A DNA stretch of 64,000 bases from Macrostomum hystrix (lineage: Eukaryota > Animalia > Platyhelminthes): contig CATNEN010000038.1 of NCBI GenBank assembly GCA_950097015.1, positions 12,958,001 to 13,022,000 of the forward strand, in the 5' to 3' direction. A program made the position numbers and the translations under genes. Under the pieces are notes generated by a model. It was not told where the DNA came from. It saw nothing but the letters and a program-made list of their open reading frames with translations, and ran no database searches. Positions 19,782 to 32,310 of this stretch are shown piece by piece. Positions within the stretch are counted from its first letter, which is position 1. Each line of letters begins with the position of its first letter.

Positions 19782-20752
19782 TTGCACAAACTCCTCAATC
19801 TGCCGGCTTAAACATCAGATTGCAGTAGGATCAATGCCCAGTGAGAGTGTATACACAGAGAATTGCACACACTCCTCAATCTGCCGGCTTAAACATCAGA
19901 TTGCAGTAGGATCAATGCCCAGTGAGAGTGTATACACAGAGAATTGCACACACTCCTCAATCTGCCGGCTTAAACATCAGATTGCAGTAGGATCAATGCC
20001 CAGTGAAAGTGTATACACAGAGAATTGCACACACTCCTCAATCTGCCGGCTTAAACATCAGATTGCAGTAGGATCAATGCCCAGTGAAAGTGTATACACA
20101 GAGAATTGCACACACTCCTCAATCTGCCGGCTTAAACATCAGATTGCAGTAGGATCAATGCCCAGTGAAAGTGTATACACAGAGAATTGCACACACTCCT
20201 CAATCTGCCGGCTTAAACATCAGATTGCAGTAGGATCAATGCCCAGTGAAAGTGTATACACAGAGAATTGCACACACTCCTCAATCTGCCGGCTTAAACA
20301 TCAGATTGCAGTAGGATCAATGCCCAGTGAAAGTGTATACACAGAGAATTGCACACACTCCTCAATCTGCCGGCTTAAACATCAGATTGCAGTAGGATCA
20401 AAGCCCAGTGAAAGTGTATACACAGAGAATTGCACACACTCCTCAATCTGCCGGCTTAAACATCAGATTGCAGTAGGATCAATGCCCAGTGAAAGTGTAT
20501 ACACAGAGAATTGCACACACTCCTCAATCTGCCGGCTTAAACATCAGATTGCAGTAGGATCAATGCCCAGTGAAAGTGTATACACAGAGAATTGCACACA
20601 CTCCTCAATCTGCCGGCTTAAACATCAGATTGCAGTAGGATCAAAGCCCAGTGAGAGTGTATACACAGAGAATTGCACACACTCCTCAATCTGCCGGCTT
20701 AAACATCAGATTGCAGTAGGATCAAAGCCCAGTGAGAGTGTATACACAGAGA
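19782..20752. repeat. 81-bp near-perfect tandem repeat, about 12 copies
   Basis: Unit ATGCCCAGTGA(G/A)AGTGTATACACAGAGAATTGCACACACTCCTCAATCTGCCGGCTTAAACATCAGATTGCAGTAGGATCA. Confidence 0.97.
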
Positions 20753-21505
20753 AGGCCAGTACAGATGTTCACAACTGTACGAGTGTGCGCCTAAGAACCG
20801 TATCGGAGCGCATGGTGTGTTCAGGGTTCAGTGGAACAAATGCCTCCTCGCTGGCTGGCTGGTGGGTCGACCGTCGTCAAATGATGCGTTAGTGCTCACA
20901 GCCCCTGTAAATACGCATGCATGTATCTTTGTGTAAGAAGTTAAAGCAAGTTACTGGTCTACCCACCATCCTACTGATAGTATCAAGTTAGGCATATTAA
21001 ATTCTACTACTTCCGTGCCATATTTTACCTCACTTAAGCCTCAATGCTTATGAGGGCTTTAGTCAGCCCTTAAATTAGCAAATACTCCACCTTCCATTTC
21101 AATATATATTTTTTTTCTAAAAAAGGCCAACGAAATGTCCGGGTCAGACGCTTTGACAGAAGGCTGCATTAAAACGGCGGGCGATTTTTCAGGCTGAACA
21201 ACAAGAAGAGCATGCCGCTTTTCTGAGCTGTTTTTCTGCGCAAATCGCTAATAATTGCCTGTCTGGCTTTTTAAAATGTTGATTTCATTTTTTCCGACTA
21301 TATCTCCGGTGTTTGGAAAACTGCTTTTTATTCGTCCGATTTTTTACTATACTAATTAATTGCTCGTTAATTGTCTACAAAAAGCGTGACTACAAAAAAG
21401 TGATTGAAAAATGAACAGTCAACCTGAGCAGTGTTGCTCTGGTTAGCTAATTTTAAGTCACTCTAATGCTGTCACATATTTTCACAGCACTGTCTCAGAC
21501 GTCAT

Positions 21506-22188
21506 AGACACAGACAGAAAGCGGATGAGGCAGAAGTTATGACACAAACAGAAAGCGGATGAGGCAGAAGTTATGACACAGACAGAAAGCGGATGAGGCA
21601 GAAGTTATGACACAGACAGAAAGCGGATGAGGCAGAGGTTATGACACAGACAGAAAGCGGATGAGGCAGAGAATATGACACAGACAGAAAGCGGATGAGG
21701 CAGAGGTTATGACACAAACAGAAAGCGGATGAGGCAGAGGGGATGACACAGACAGAAGCGGATGAGGCAGAGGTTATGACACAAACAGAAAGCGGATGAG
21801 GCAGAGGGGATGACACAGACAGAAAGCGGATGAGGCAGAGGTTATAACACAAACAGAAAGCGGATGAGGCAGAGGTTATAACACAAACAGAAAGCGGGTG
21901 AGGCAGAGGTTATGACACAGACAGAAAGCGGATGAGGCAGAGGTTATGACACAAACAGAAAGCGGGTGAGGCAGAGGTTATGACACAGACAGAAAGCGGA
22001 TGAGGCAGAGGTTATGACACAAACAGAAAGCGGGTGAGGCAGAGGTTATGACACAGACAGAAAGGGGATGAGGCAGGGGGGATGACACAGACAGAAGCGG
22101 ATGAGGCAGAGGTTATGACACAGACAGAAAGCGGGTGAGGCAGAGGTTATGACGCAAACAGAAAGCGGGTGAGGTAGAGGGGATGATG
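21506..22188. repeat. 34-bp minisatellite upstream of the GPCR
   Basis: Unit ATGACACAGACAGAAAGCGGATGAGGCAGAGGTT, about 20 copies. Confidence 0.95.
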
Positions 22189-22724
22189 CACACCGGAAGC
22201 TGGTGAATGGTTTTGAGACTTTCTGGGTATGCATGTCGAAGCGGTGGATGGAAAGTTGTAGTATAATGGCCTATTGGACTGCACTGTCCAATCGGCGCAG
22301 TCCGGCCTTCAGCCACCCTATCATCTGCCGGGTTCTGCACAAACCGATAGCGGGCCAGTCGAGGGCGGACAGTTTCTTCATCAACGCTACGGGCAGCCAC
22401 GCTCCCTGAAGCCGTCGCCTCGATTCGCATTTCCTGTTGTCCGCTTTCACAGCTTCGTGGCTCTAGGAAAGTAAAACTGTTGGGCGCTGCAGGCAGACTA
22501 GATAAAAGGCAGGCAGACAGGCAGACAGAGCAGCCGCGCTTGGTGGGCCGAGCGATATCGTCTGTCACTCATACGCCCAGCCGCATAATTGGTACAGGCC
22601 TCTTTTTACACACACGCACCGTGGTTCTCGCTTAAGTGTCTGCAGCTGCACAAAGTGCTTCCAAAACAGCCTTACTACCAACAGGACTTAAGCGACATTT
22701 CAAGCAGCACCGAACCAGCCAAAA

Positions 22725-25700
22725 ATGTCACTGAACAGCGGCGTTCCGAACGATTCGTGGCCGCTGGCTGCGAAGCTGGTCCTGTCCGTACTGCTGGCCG
22801 CACTGTCCCTGTGGACTCTAGTTGGCAACGCGCTGGTGCTGGCTGCTCTGGCCACGTTTCGACAACTCCGCAGCGCGCCAAATCTCCTCATCGGCAACCT
22901 GGCCATCAGCGACTTCCTGCTGGCCCTCACCGTACTACCGCTGTCCTCCGTCAATGCCGTCGTGGGTAAGTGGATCCGTGAACATCGATGAGCTGACTGC
23001 ATTGTTGAGCTGACTGCACTGTTGAGCTGACTGCACTGTTGAGCTGACTGCACTGTTGAGCTGACTGCACTGTTGAGCTGACTGCACTGTTGAGCTGACT
23101 GCACTGTTGAGCTGACTGCACTGTTGAGCTGACTGCACTGTTGAGCTGACTGCACTGTTGAGCTGACTGCACTGTTGAGCTGACTGCACTGTTGAGCTGA
23201 CTGCACTGTTGAGCTGACTGCACTGTTGAGCTGACTGCACTGTTGAGCTGACTGCACTGTTGAGCTGACTGCACTGTTGAGCTGACTGCACTGTTGAGCT
23301 GACTGCACTGTTGAGCTGACTGCACTGTTGAGCTGACTGCACTGTAGAGCTGACTGCACTGTTGAGCTGACTGCACTGTTGAGCTGACTGCACTGTTGAG
23401 CTGACTGCACTGTTGAGCTGACTGCACTGTTGAGCTGACTGCACTGTTGAGCAGATTTTATAATTATTAATTGTTATCTTTAATAGGCTTGTTGAGTTTT
23501 GTTATCGAAGAATTGACTCTAAGCACGGGCTGATTGCGTCACGTTAGTGGTTGATGTGTGAGCAGCTTCGTCTCTGCATGAGAAGGGCTGGCTCTGAAAA
23601 AAATCATTCATATTTTTTAAGCCGTCAAATACCACTGCTAGTGTCGACTTTTGGTCGAGTTGGCCGATTACCAGACCAAAGTAAATAGACCCAGTAGCCA
23701 GCAATCAGACTTGGACAAAACAAAAAGTAGAAGCAGTTTTCTCCCCAAGCAAATCTTGCTGATTTGTTGTTTGTTATTTTTGCTACATCTCGATTGGATC
23801 TGCACTCTTTGCCTAGAGCTGCTGTGCAAATTCAGCCGGGCCGTGGATATCTTCAAATCTATATTTCGAGCAACGGCAATTTCAGAGTTAGAAAGCAGAC
23901 TCAGAGCGACAGAGTAGTCTCAGGATGAGAGAATAGACTCAGTGCGAGAGAGTAGACACAATACTGAGGGTAGACACATAGGTAGAGAGAATACAGACAG
24001 TGAGACTTTAGTCAATGAGAGTGACGGTCAGATGGAAAACAGATCACTGCCAGCCGTGAGCTCAGCACTCGGTGTGCTCAAGTCTGAGGCCAGAGCACCC
24101 AAGTTCTTCTCCCTCAGATTTAGCTTGACTTAGTTTCTGCCCCCCCAGACGAAAGGCTGTAAAATTTGGCCTCATTTCCTCTGACACATTGAGGGCATCT
24201 CGAGTCGGAACTGCAATTTTGAGCATCTCAATATTATAGGGAGCAGCCTAAATCCTCAACTTTGCACACTTAAGTTTGCTTAACTCACTGGGGGAGAGCG
24301 AGCGAGCGCGGAAAGATGAGTCCAGAAAGGACTGAGGAACAACTTCCCGTCAGAATGGATGGAAAACTCCTGTACAGCCCGATTCCAAGCTCAGAGTTGC
24401 TGCCTCCCTTTGAGGGAAACTTTGAGGTGACTTCACGGTGCCTCTGACTCTAGTCTAGTCTAGTCTAGTCTCCCCTACATAGTCCTTCAGCTGAGGGTTG
24501 CCTCCCCTACACAGTCCTTCAGCTGAGGGTTGCCTCCCGCACAGTCCTTCAGCTGAGGGTTGCCTCCCCTACACAGTCCTTCAGCTGAGGGTTGCCTCCC
24601 CTACACAGTCCTTCAGCTGAGGGTTGCCTCCCCTACACAGTCCTTCAGCTGAGGGTTGCCTCCCCTACACAGTCCTTCAGCTGAGGGTTGCCTCCCGCAC
24701 AGTCCTTCAGCTGAGGGTTGCCTCCCCCTACACAGTCCTTCATCTGAGGGTTGCCTCCTGCACAGTCCTTCAGCAGAATGTTGTGTCCTCTACACAGTCC
24801 TTCAGCAGAGAGTTGCCTACCCTACACAGTCCTTCAACATTGATATACATCTCCACAGCTTTCAGCAGAGAGACGTCTCCTTGCCGCCCTTGAGCAGAGC
24901 ACTGAGCAGAACTGCAGGCTGCACAAGTTGTTTATCTGCTGCGTACAGCTATTTGGGCGCACCAATTCAATACAGCTTGGCCCTTTTGATTCTTCCATTG
25001 AGGCTGGCGAATGTCGCTGCCCTGCAAAGCTCTCACAGGGCTCTGGCAGCCAGTGGGAACTGGATGGACCAACTTTTCTCCCATTGCCTGCTCCCTCTGA
25101 CCTGATTGCCCCCCTGCCTCATCCCCACCTCGCGCCGTCCCACGGGCTCCCATGGGAGCTATATTAGCGACTTATGCAAATTGGGATTCGAAGGAGGGGA
25201 GTTTTGGAAAAATCAGTTCTAGGCGAGAGGCGGGGGTGAGGGAGAGATGGGGCACGGATTGGTGAGAGAGCTCGTGGGATGGTGTGAGATGAGACAGAGG
25301 TAGGCGCTGTAATCGGGGGTAGCGAAGGGATTCGTCGAAGAACGGACAGGCGCAGAGACTGGTGACAAGTCAAGCGAAAAGGCGGGCAGAGCTGGGAAAC
25401 ACATGCGAGCTGGTTTGATGCGCTGTCGTGAGGAACAAAGTAATTTGGCTTCTGTATTTAATGGGACGAATATATTGCCACAGCTCCCAGACATCGGTTT
25501 GAGGGCTGGGAGATAGGGTTCCTTGGTGGGGAGCAATTTCTTAATGGATTGTGTGGGTGGATTTTGTAAGAGTGGATTGTTTCGGCTAGATTTTGAAGCT
25601 AAGATTGTGTGGGGTAGATTGTGTGCGGTAGACTTTGTATGATAGATAGTGAAGGTCCATAATACGATTTTAAAGTGTAGGCCAGAGTCAACTTGGAGTT

Positions 25701-28700
25701 CAGCAAGTAGTCTCAGACCTGTTGTCCCTAGTTGGCCAAACGCGCCGGTACTCGTATATTTGCGTGATACATTGATAGATGCGAACTAATAAATGAGATT
25801 TGTGAACAGTTATCAATTATCAATTACAATTGTGAGCGTAAATAAAAATCGTACAGCGCCACAATTCACAAAGCACAAAATGCTCGTACATGATCATTAT
25901 TGATTTAAGATGAACATTTCTTTAGAGGGAAAACCAACAAAATGGACTGTGTGCGATAAGTTCCAGAAAGCTTGTGATGAAATGCTCTATAGGCGGGAAG
26001 AAATTTTTTAACGTATTCGAATAGGCAAGCATGGCAAGGGAATTGAGTGGAATGTAAATTTCTGAAAAGCACTAAATCGGGTTCATAAATCAGTTAGACT
26101 GATTCACTCAATTGTGAAGTTTGTCAGCGTCAGCGTCAGCTCTGATTGAGTCATCGATCAAGCTTCAAGGACCGTCCAAACCAAACCTGTCAATCGTCGA
26201 CTGCTCAAGACTGAAAATAAAGCCAGACAAATGCATTCATCACTTCCTTGGTCGGCGCAAAATCTAGCGGCATCTAGAAATTTTTCTCTTGCTTTCTTTC
26301 TTCTTTTTTAGAAGTAGAAATGGAATTCGAAACAAGGGGATGCGGAAAGTGGGGGATAAAGTGTCGGCCGAGCAAGAGGCGCGGGAAACCGACTCACGCT
26401 GGGGATGAGGACACAGCATGCGCTGGACTTTGAAGAAGTTCGAGGCCAATGGAACTGTCACAGTCAATTGCCTCTCATGCTGCTTTCTCCTGCTCGGAGG
26501 GCCGAAGTGATTTCCGATGCCACACACCCGCAACCGAAATACTTGGACATAGTTCCGACAGTAAAATTACAAGGCTAGGAGTTCGGCGAGCAGTGTGCCA
26601 GTCCATTCATATAGTATCTTCTGGTTGGAAATTCACTTTAAAATGTTTTGAATAAGCCTGTTGGAGTTCGCATGGTTAATTGCTCGAAATACTCCTTTGA
26701 CGCTCTCCACGAGACTTGCTTCGATTTGCGATCGGGCTTTCAGCACAGAGTACTCGAACGTCTATTAGGTGATAAGGAGTGAACACCTGAGATCAACAGC
26801 TTCAATAATTCCAATCTCAGCAAGACGTTCTCTCTGATATATTGCTCCCCCGGTCATACCTGTAGGGTAGCAGCTACTCCAGAAATAGATCTCCTGAGTC
26901 CAGTCCAGCACATACGGGCCCAGCATTAAACAGAATCAGTAGGAAATCCTTACCCAGCATGGTAGGGGTCTCAATCAATCATTAGTGATACGGGCTCATC
27001 ATGCGGTTTCCCATGCAGTGCAGTTTGGCGAGCCCTGCAGCAGACTCGACCCACAGACTGACCGGCGAGGGAAATCTTACATCGTTTCAACAAGAATTTG
27101 AAATTTCCGATGGGGCTCTCAGATCGAAAAATGAAGGGAATGTCTGATGGGGCTCTCCCATCAAAAAATGAAGGGAATGTCCGATTGGGCTCTCTACAAA
27201 AAACGAATGGAATGTCCGATGGGGCTCTCTTGACTTAACTTGACTTAGCTGCAGGGCGGTCCCGAATAGAGGGACGCAGCGGGAAGGCGATGCCGCATAT
27301 TCCGCTAGTCCCTGAACGACCGACGCACCGTCACGGACGAGGAGTTAGCGTCGCCCAGGGAGGTCCCTCGGAGTCGCTCTCCGCAGCCACGTCGCTCCCT
27401 GGAAGAGAGAGTTTCAGCTCTGCGGGTGGCCCGAAGGTAGCGCATGAGCTGATTGAAGTTTTCGGGTTTACATGCTTCCTGGATGGAAGTGTGTGGCCCG
27501 AGATAGGTAATTCTGTCCCGCATGAAGGCGGGGCAGATGCTGACAAAATATTCAGCGGTTTCGTCACCTGAGTTGCAAAAACTAAAGGTAGCGTTGGTAA
27601 CATTGCCCTGCAGGTATTGGTACCTGGTGAAGCACCCATGCCCAGACAGGGTCATGGTGGTGGCTCGGATGTCTTTGCGCGGGAGACCCAGAAGGAGGTT
27701 CCGGAGTTTGCGGGAGGGCTGCGGAACAGCCTCTCTAGATTGCCTGCAGGTGTTGCAGTTCGCCCAGAGCGAGTAGTGCTGAAGCTTCACCCACGCTTTG
27801 ATGCGTGAGTTAATGACACAGTTTGGGACCGGAACCAGAGGTTCGGGTCCCCAGGAGGATCCAGCGGTGCCGGCTTTCGCTAGAGCGTCAGCCAGCTCGT
27901 TGCCCTGAAATCCCTCGTGTCCGGGCACCCATTTAAGGGTGACCTTGTTGGTGGAGGCCAACATGTTGAGATGCTTGATACAGCCCAGGACCGTTGCCGA
28001 GCCAATGCAGCGACTGCCGATGGCATACAGTGCTGCCTGACTGTCAGAGTGGAAGATGATATCCTTACCTTTCACGCCATTAGCGAGCAGCTCTGCAGAG
28101 CAGGAGCTGATGGCAAGTACCTCATTATGGAAGACACTGGAGTTGACGCCAGTGTTGGGCGTGGGTTGCAACCAGCTGCCCATTGTGAAAGATGCAGACA
28201 CCGAAACCGGTGTTCTTTGACTGTTTGGATCCATCAGTGTAGCAATGAAGTTCACCGCGATTCCAGCTGTCATTGATTTCGTCGCGCGGATCGATGACTA
28301 CGTCGTAGCCTTGTCTCGCGTTCGGTCTCGTGGCGATGTTAATAATAATAATAATAATAATTGCAGGAGGGCTGCGGGCAATGACACATAGTTTGGTGAC
28401 ACTAGACCCGCAGCCAGCGAGGAGGCAATTCTGCCCATTTCGCTGACTCCTGAGCACACACGCACACAGATACCGTACGCAGGCATACGCTCACACAGGT
28501 GTGTACATCTGCCCTGACTTTCTCATCGTCAGGCAGTGTACACTCGAACTGTGCCTTGGAGGTTGGCCCTCAAGGGCGTAAATTGCACGACAAGCCCCCA
28601 AGCCTTCTCTCCGCGGCTGCGCCCCAAATAAATGTGGCCTCGTCGTGGAATCGAACTTAGGGACTGTGGTGCGAGTGGCAAACGCGTTAACCGCTCTGCC

Positions 28701-31255
28701 ACCGACCCCCTCGAGGCGATGTTATCCGTGAGGACATGATGGGCATCGCACTCGTTGAGGATTTTGAGGCAAAGATCGCTATGAGGGATAATTTTCCTCT
28801 TAGCGAATGCTCTCATAAACTTGAACTTGACGCCCGCATCAAGCAGACGCCTAGTCGACTTGGCAGCTTCGCCTCTGATAAAGATGTCCAGAGGTGGAAG
28901 ATCCAAGAAGGCCGCCATACCAGCAAAGGGTGTTGATCTGGTGGCGTTGCAGATCAGTCGACATGCCCTTCCCTGGACCGTGTTGAGCAGATCAGCATGA
29001 CTCTTGACCTGGGTAGCGCTGACCTAGATCAAGGAGGCGTAGGTGATGGCGGGTCTCACCACAGAGGTATAGATCCACCAAAGACGCTTTGGGGATAGAC
29101 CCCAGAGGATCCCAGGGCACGCCGCAGCTGCGCTATGATCGCAGAAGCAAGTTGAGTCTGTGGAAAGTGGAAAGACCAGTTGAGTCTGTGGTCGAGCAAG
29201 ACCCCAAGACACCTGGTCCTTTGAGCGAAGGGGATGTCCTTGCCATAGAGTTGCAGAGGCTCTATGTTCCACCGGATCTTACTGGTGAACATAATGGCAA
29301 CAGTTTTAGGCTCTGAAAGCCTTAAGCCGTTGTCCTCGGCCCAGATCTCAGCTTTTCGGAGAAACGCTTGCATAAGATCCCTGAGCGTGCTAGGCGACGG
29401 TCCCGCAACAATGGCAGTGACGTCGTCGGCATACCCGATTTTTTGTACGGGGTCAGGTCTGGAACTGCTCAGGAGAGAGTCGATGACCATGTTCCAGAGG
29501 GTGGGAGTAAGGACTCCCCTTGGGGGCCACCTTTACAAACCCATAGAGGGCTCTCTAGAAAATCAAGGAAATGTCCGATGGAGCTCTCTACAAAAATGAA
29601 TGGAATGTCCGATTGTGCTCTCTACAAAAAAGGGAATGTCCGATGTGGCTCTCAACAAAACATGAAGGGAATGTCCGATGGGGCTCTCTACAAAAATGAA
29701 GGGAATGTCCGATGGGGCTCTGTACCAAAAATACGATTAGAAGTAATGTCCTATGAGGCTGTCTGCAATAATTAAAAGCATTCGATGGAGCCTTCTACCG
29801 GGATAACGTAAATACCTGTACTCGAACTTGATGTGAATTTTATCTCCCACAAATACTTTAACGGATATTAAATGGACTTCTATATACATTTCATCTCAAC
29901 GATTTATTTGCTCAAAAGTGAAGCCAGCTTCTATATGTAAACATGCGATTTATTGGATTCGTTTGAGGATCAGAATGCGGATCAAGATCAGAATCAGCAA
30001 ACAGTGGAAGACTAAAAATGAGGCTCGCTGGCGGGCGAGAAAAACTAAAAGTTGCAGCATGGCTTAAATGAACTTCAGTGAATGAAAGATGTAAAGTACA
30101 TTCGTGAAATTCCACTAGACAGACCAAAAGACCCTGACCGAATTCCAACGACCCACAGGTCACTGGCAGTTCGGCCCCGTGTTGTGCAACTTGTGGCTCA
30201 GCCTGGACGTGCTCTACTGCACAGCCTCAGTCTGGAGCCTGGTGGCCATCGCCTTCGACCGGTTCACCGCCACCGTCTGTCCTTTGTGGTACCGTGAGAA
30301 GCAACAGCGCTGCCGGGCTGCCGTCTACTCAATCCTGGTTTGGCTGCTCAGCTGCCTCATCTGCCTGCCGCCACTCATTGGCTGGGACGGTCGGAAATTC
30401 GTTGACCCGGCCGCCAAGCTGGGCCGCTCTCTGGTGCCAGTCGGAGACGCCAACAACAGCGCCTGGGACGGCCGTGTCACCTGCGACTTGTTTAAGGAGA
30501 CGAATTACGTGGTGTACTCGGCTACTGGCAGTTTCATCCTACCGCTGCTCATCCTGATCATGCTATACGCCAGAATATTTCACCTACTGCGTAGGCGGGC
30601 CCGCTGCCTCCGACGCCGTCGAATGCAGCAGCATCGGCGGCTGGCGGTGACTCATCAACCCAGCGGAGTCTGGTTTGATCGTGACCTAGATCTGGCCACG
30701 GTACTACCAGCGCCGACTGTTGCAGCAGATGTGAACCATTATCAGCTGCATGCAGCCGACGAGGAAGACGATAACGCCATCGCTGACTTCCACGATGCTC
30801 GGGAGGTCGTCACCGAGCGGCCAGCCTGTGTGCTGGCGAATCCCGTTGCGCCGCTGCCAGATGACGATGACGACGGCCCAGTCAACGATCCGACGCCGCG
30901 CCATCGCCGAGGTCCTCGCAGGGCCGACTTGCGAGAGCAACGGGCAACGCAGCGCATGCTAGCCATTGTGGTGGTGTTCATTGTGTGCTGGATGCCTTTC
31001 ACTCTCATGTACCTAGCTCGCGGCGTCACCAGCGAGCAGCGGGAGGCATCGGATGAGCCGCAATCCGCGGTGCTAGAGGTGGTGCAGTTCCTGGCCATCT
31101 GGCTGGGCTACGCAAATAGCGCACTGAACCCGGTGCTATACACCGTCTTCAACCGGGACTTTCGGCACGCAATCGGGCGACTGTTGCGATGTGGTAGGCG
31201 CTGCGGCCGTCGGAGGCGACAACAGCGGCAGCAGCAGCAGACGACGGGTCGTTGA
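22725..31255 (+). CDS. Class A aminergic GPCR (octopamine/tyramine or serotonin receptor-like), 2 exons
   Basis: Exon 1 is 22725-22965 ([13 protein letters not shown]) and exon 2 is 30159-31255. A phase-1 GT-AG join gives [14 protein letters not shown]. Motifs: TM3 Asp in [30 protein letters not shown]. Confidence 0.93.
22989..23452. repeat. 17-bp minisatellite, about 27 near-identical copies
   Basis: Unit GAGCTGACTGCACTGTT, starting about 24 bp after the GPCR exon 1 donor. Confidence 0.97.
24449..24835. repeat. (CTAGT)n microsatellite followed by a 32-bp minisatellite
   Basis: Unit ACAGTCCTTCAGCTGAGGGTTGCCTCCCCTAC, decaying toward the 3-prime side. Confidence 0.9.
27231..29547 (-). mobile_element. 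5-prime-truncated non-LTR retrotransposon with RT and RNase H (LOA/R1/I-like group), degenerate
   Basis: RT motifs PQG..LTPTLW and GYADD. RNase H motifs [13 protein letters not shown] and [20 protein letters not shown]-terminal LSGHG and zinc-knuckle remnant, (AAGTC)-type 3-prime tail, several frameshifts. TSD GGGCTCTCT at 27222-27230 and 29548-29556. Confidence 0.92.
28342..28709 (-). mobile_element. tRNA-derived SINE (family B) inserted in the LINE
   Basis: The minus strand reads GGGGTCGGTGGCAGAGCGG (A-box) ... GTTCGATTCC (B-box) and ends in a (TTA)n tail. TSD CTCG(T/A)GGCGATGTTA (15 bp) at 28327-28341 and 28710-28724. Confidence 0.92.
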
Positions 31256-31872
31256 AATCCAAACCTGCTGAAATCTTGTTATGGTCATCTCAGAGCTGCT
31301 ATCTGCTCAGAGCTAATATCTAAATTGGGGTTAATACAAAAAATTTAAGTTTTGCGAAGGGCTTTTAGTACCTTCTACAATTCTACAAAAGGACATGTAT
31401 TCTATACGGATCATATAACTGGTATACGCAAAAAATAGTCTTCCTTATTGCTTTTTCAACTGAAAAAACTGAAAAAAACTAAACTAATGTGCCCTGCTTA
31501 AAATTTACTTTTTAAATAAATCTTCTCGCTGTTGCATCAGCAATTCTGTACCCGTGTCTTTGGGGATCTTGATTCGCAGCTTTTTGGATCGGATTGAGCC
31601 CAGATAAATAGGAGCATTTTAAAGTGCAACAAAATATCCACGCTGTATCCGACCGTAAAAAAGCCGCAAGTTTTACCGCATTTTTATCGTTAAATTACCA
31701 CAAATAAACTATCTGTCCTCTACTTAAAGTAGACAATAGTGCGCCTAAAATTGTCTGCTCTTTTTCGTAAGTCACCGGTTGTTAACTGGAAAATGCGAAC
31801 TGTGAACTCCTAGCTTATGACTTACTATCTAGCAACCTGTGTTACAACCATTTTAACAGTGTCATTCTGTAA

Positions 31873-31946
31873 TGGGCGGCACCGACCGCCTCCTCGCTGC
31901 GTCCGTCATGGAGGCTCCCTGCCGCTAAGTCAAGTAAGTAAGTCAA
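31873..31946 (+). mobile_element. Ultra-truncated 3-prime tail of the same LINE family
   Basis: CGCTGCGTCC...CCCTGCCGCTAAGTCAAG matches the 3-prime end of the 27231-29547 LINE. TSD GTCATTCTGTAA (12 bp) at 31861-31872 and 31947-31958. Confidence 0.8.
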
Positions 31947-32124
31947 GTCATTCTGTAAAACCTTCCACGTCCTTTTTGGTGAATGTACTAGACTTGAAAG
32001 TTCTAAAAATCCGGCTGTCCATGCTGACTGATCCTTGTGTGAAACAGTCATATCTGACTTTCAGCTATCCTCCCTCTGAAAGTTGAAAGTCTAATTGGGA
32101 CCCAAATCGAGATGAGGGGTCTTG

Positions 32125-32310
32125 GACTCTTGGTGCGAGAGGCAAAAACGTTAGACTGATCCGCCACTCACCTCCTAAGAGACGCTACTGGAGGCAAAAT
32201 GAATGAAGAATACTTTTCTTTTTCTTTTTATCCTAAGCCGTATAAAGAATGCTTGGTGCTTACCCCAAGGCACGGTGAGAGTGTATACTGCCTGACGATG
32301 AGAAAGTCAG
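32125..32310. mobile_element. Rearranged remnants of SINE family B
   Basis: 32125-32175 matches the tRNA head on the minus strand. 32266-32310 (CCAAGGCAC..GAGTGTATACTGCCTGACGATGAGAAAGTCAG) matches the SINE body on the plus strand. Confidence 0.6.

Larger units (their letters stand above)
27100..29725. repeat. About 35-bp minisatellite split by a LINE insertion
   Basis: Unit AAAAATGAAGGGAATGTCCGATGGGGCTCTCTAC is present at 27100-27230 and again at 29548-29725. Confidence 0.85.

Noticed and set aside
22700-23444. Three minus-strand repeat ORFs
   Set aside because: They are translations of the 17-bp array.
25164-27060. Possible decayed retroelement fragments in the GPCR intron
   Set aside because: No RT, endonuclease or integrase motif could be read with confidence.
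28505-28540. Hammerhead ribozyme in SINE B (CTGACGA...GAAA on the minus strand)
   Set aside because: Only 3 nt separate CTGACGA from GAAA, leaving no stem II, and the bases are instead paired in a simple hairpin.
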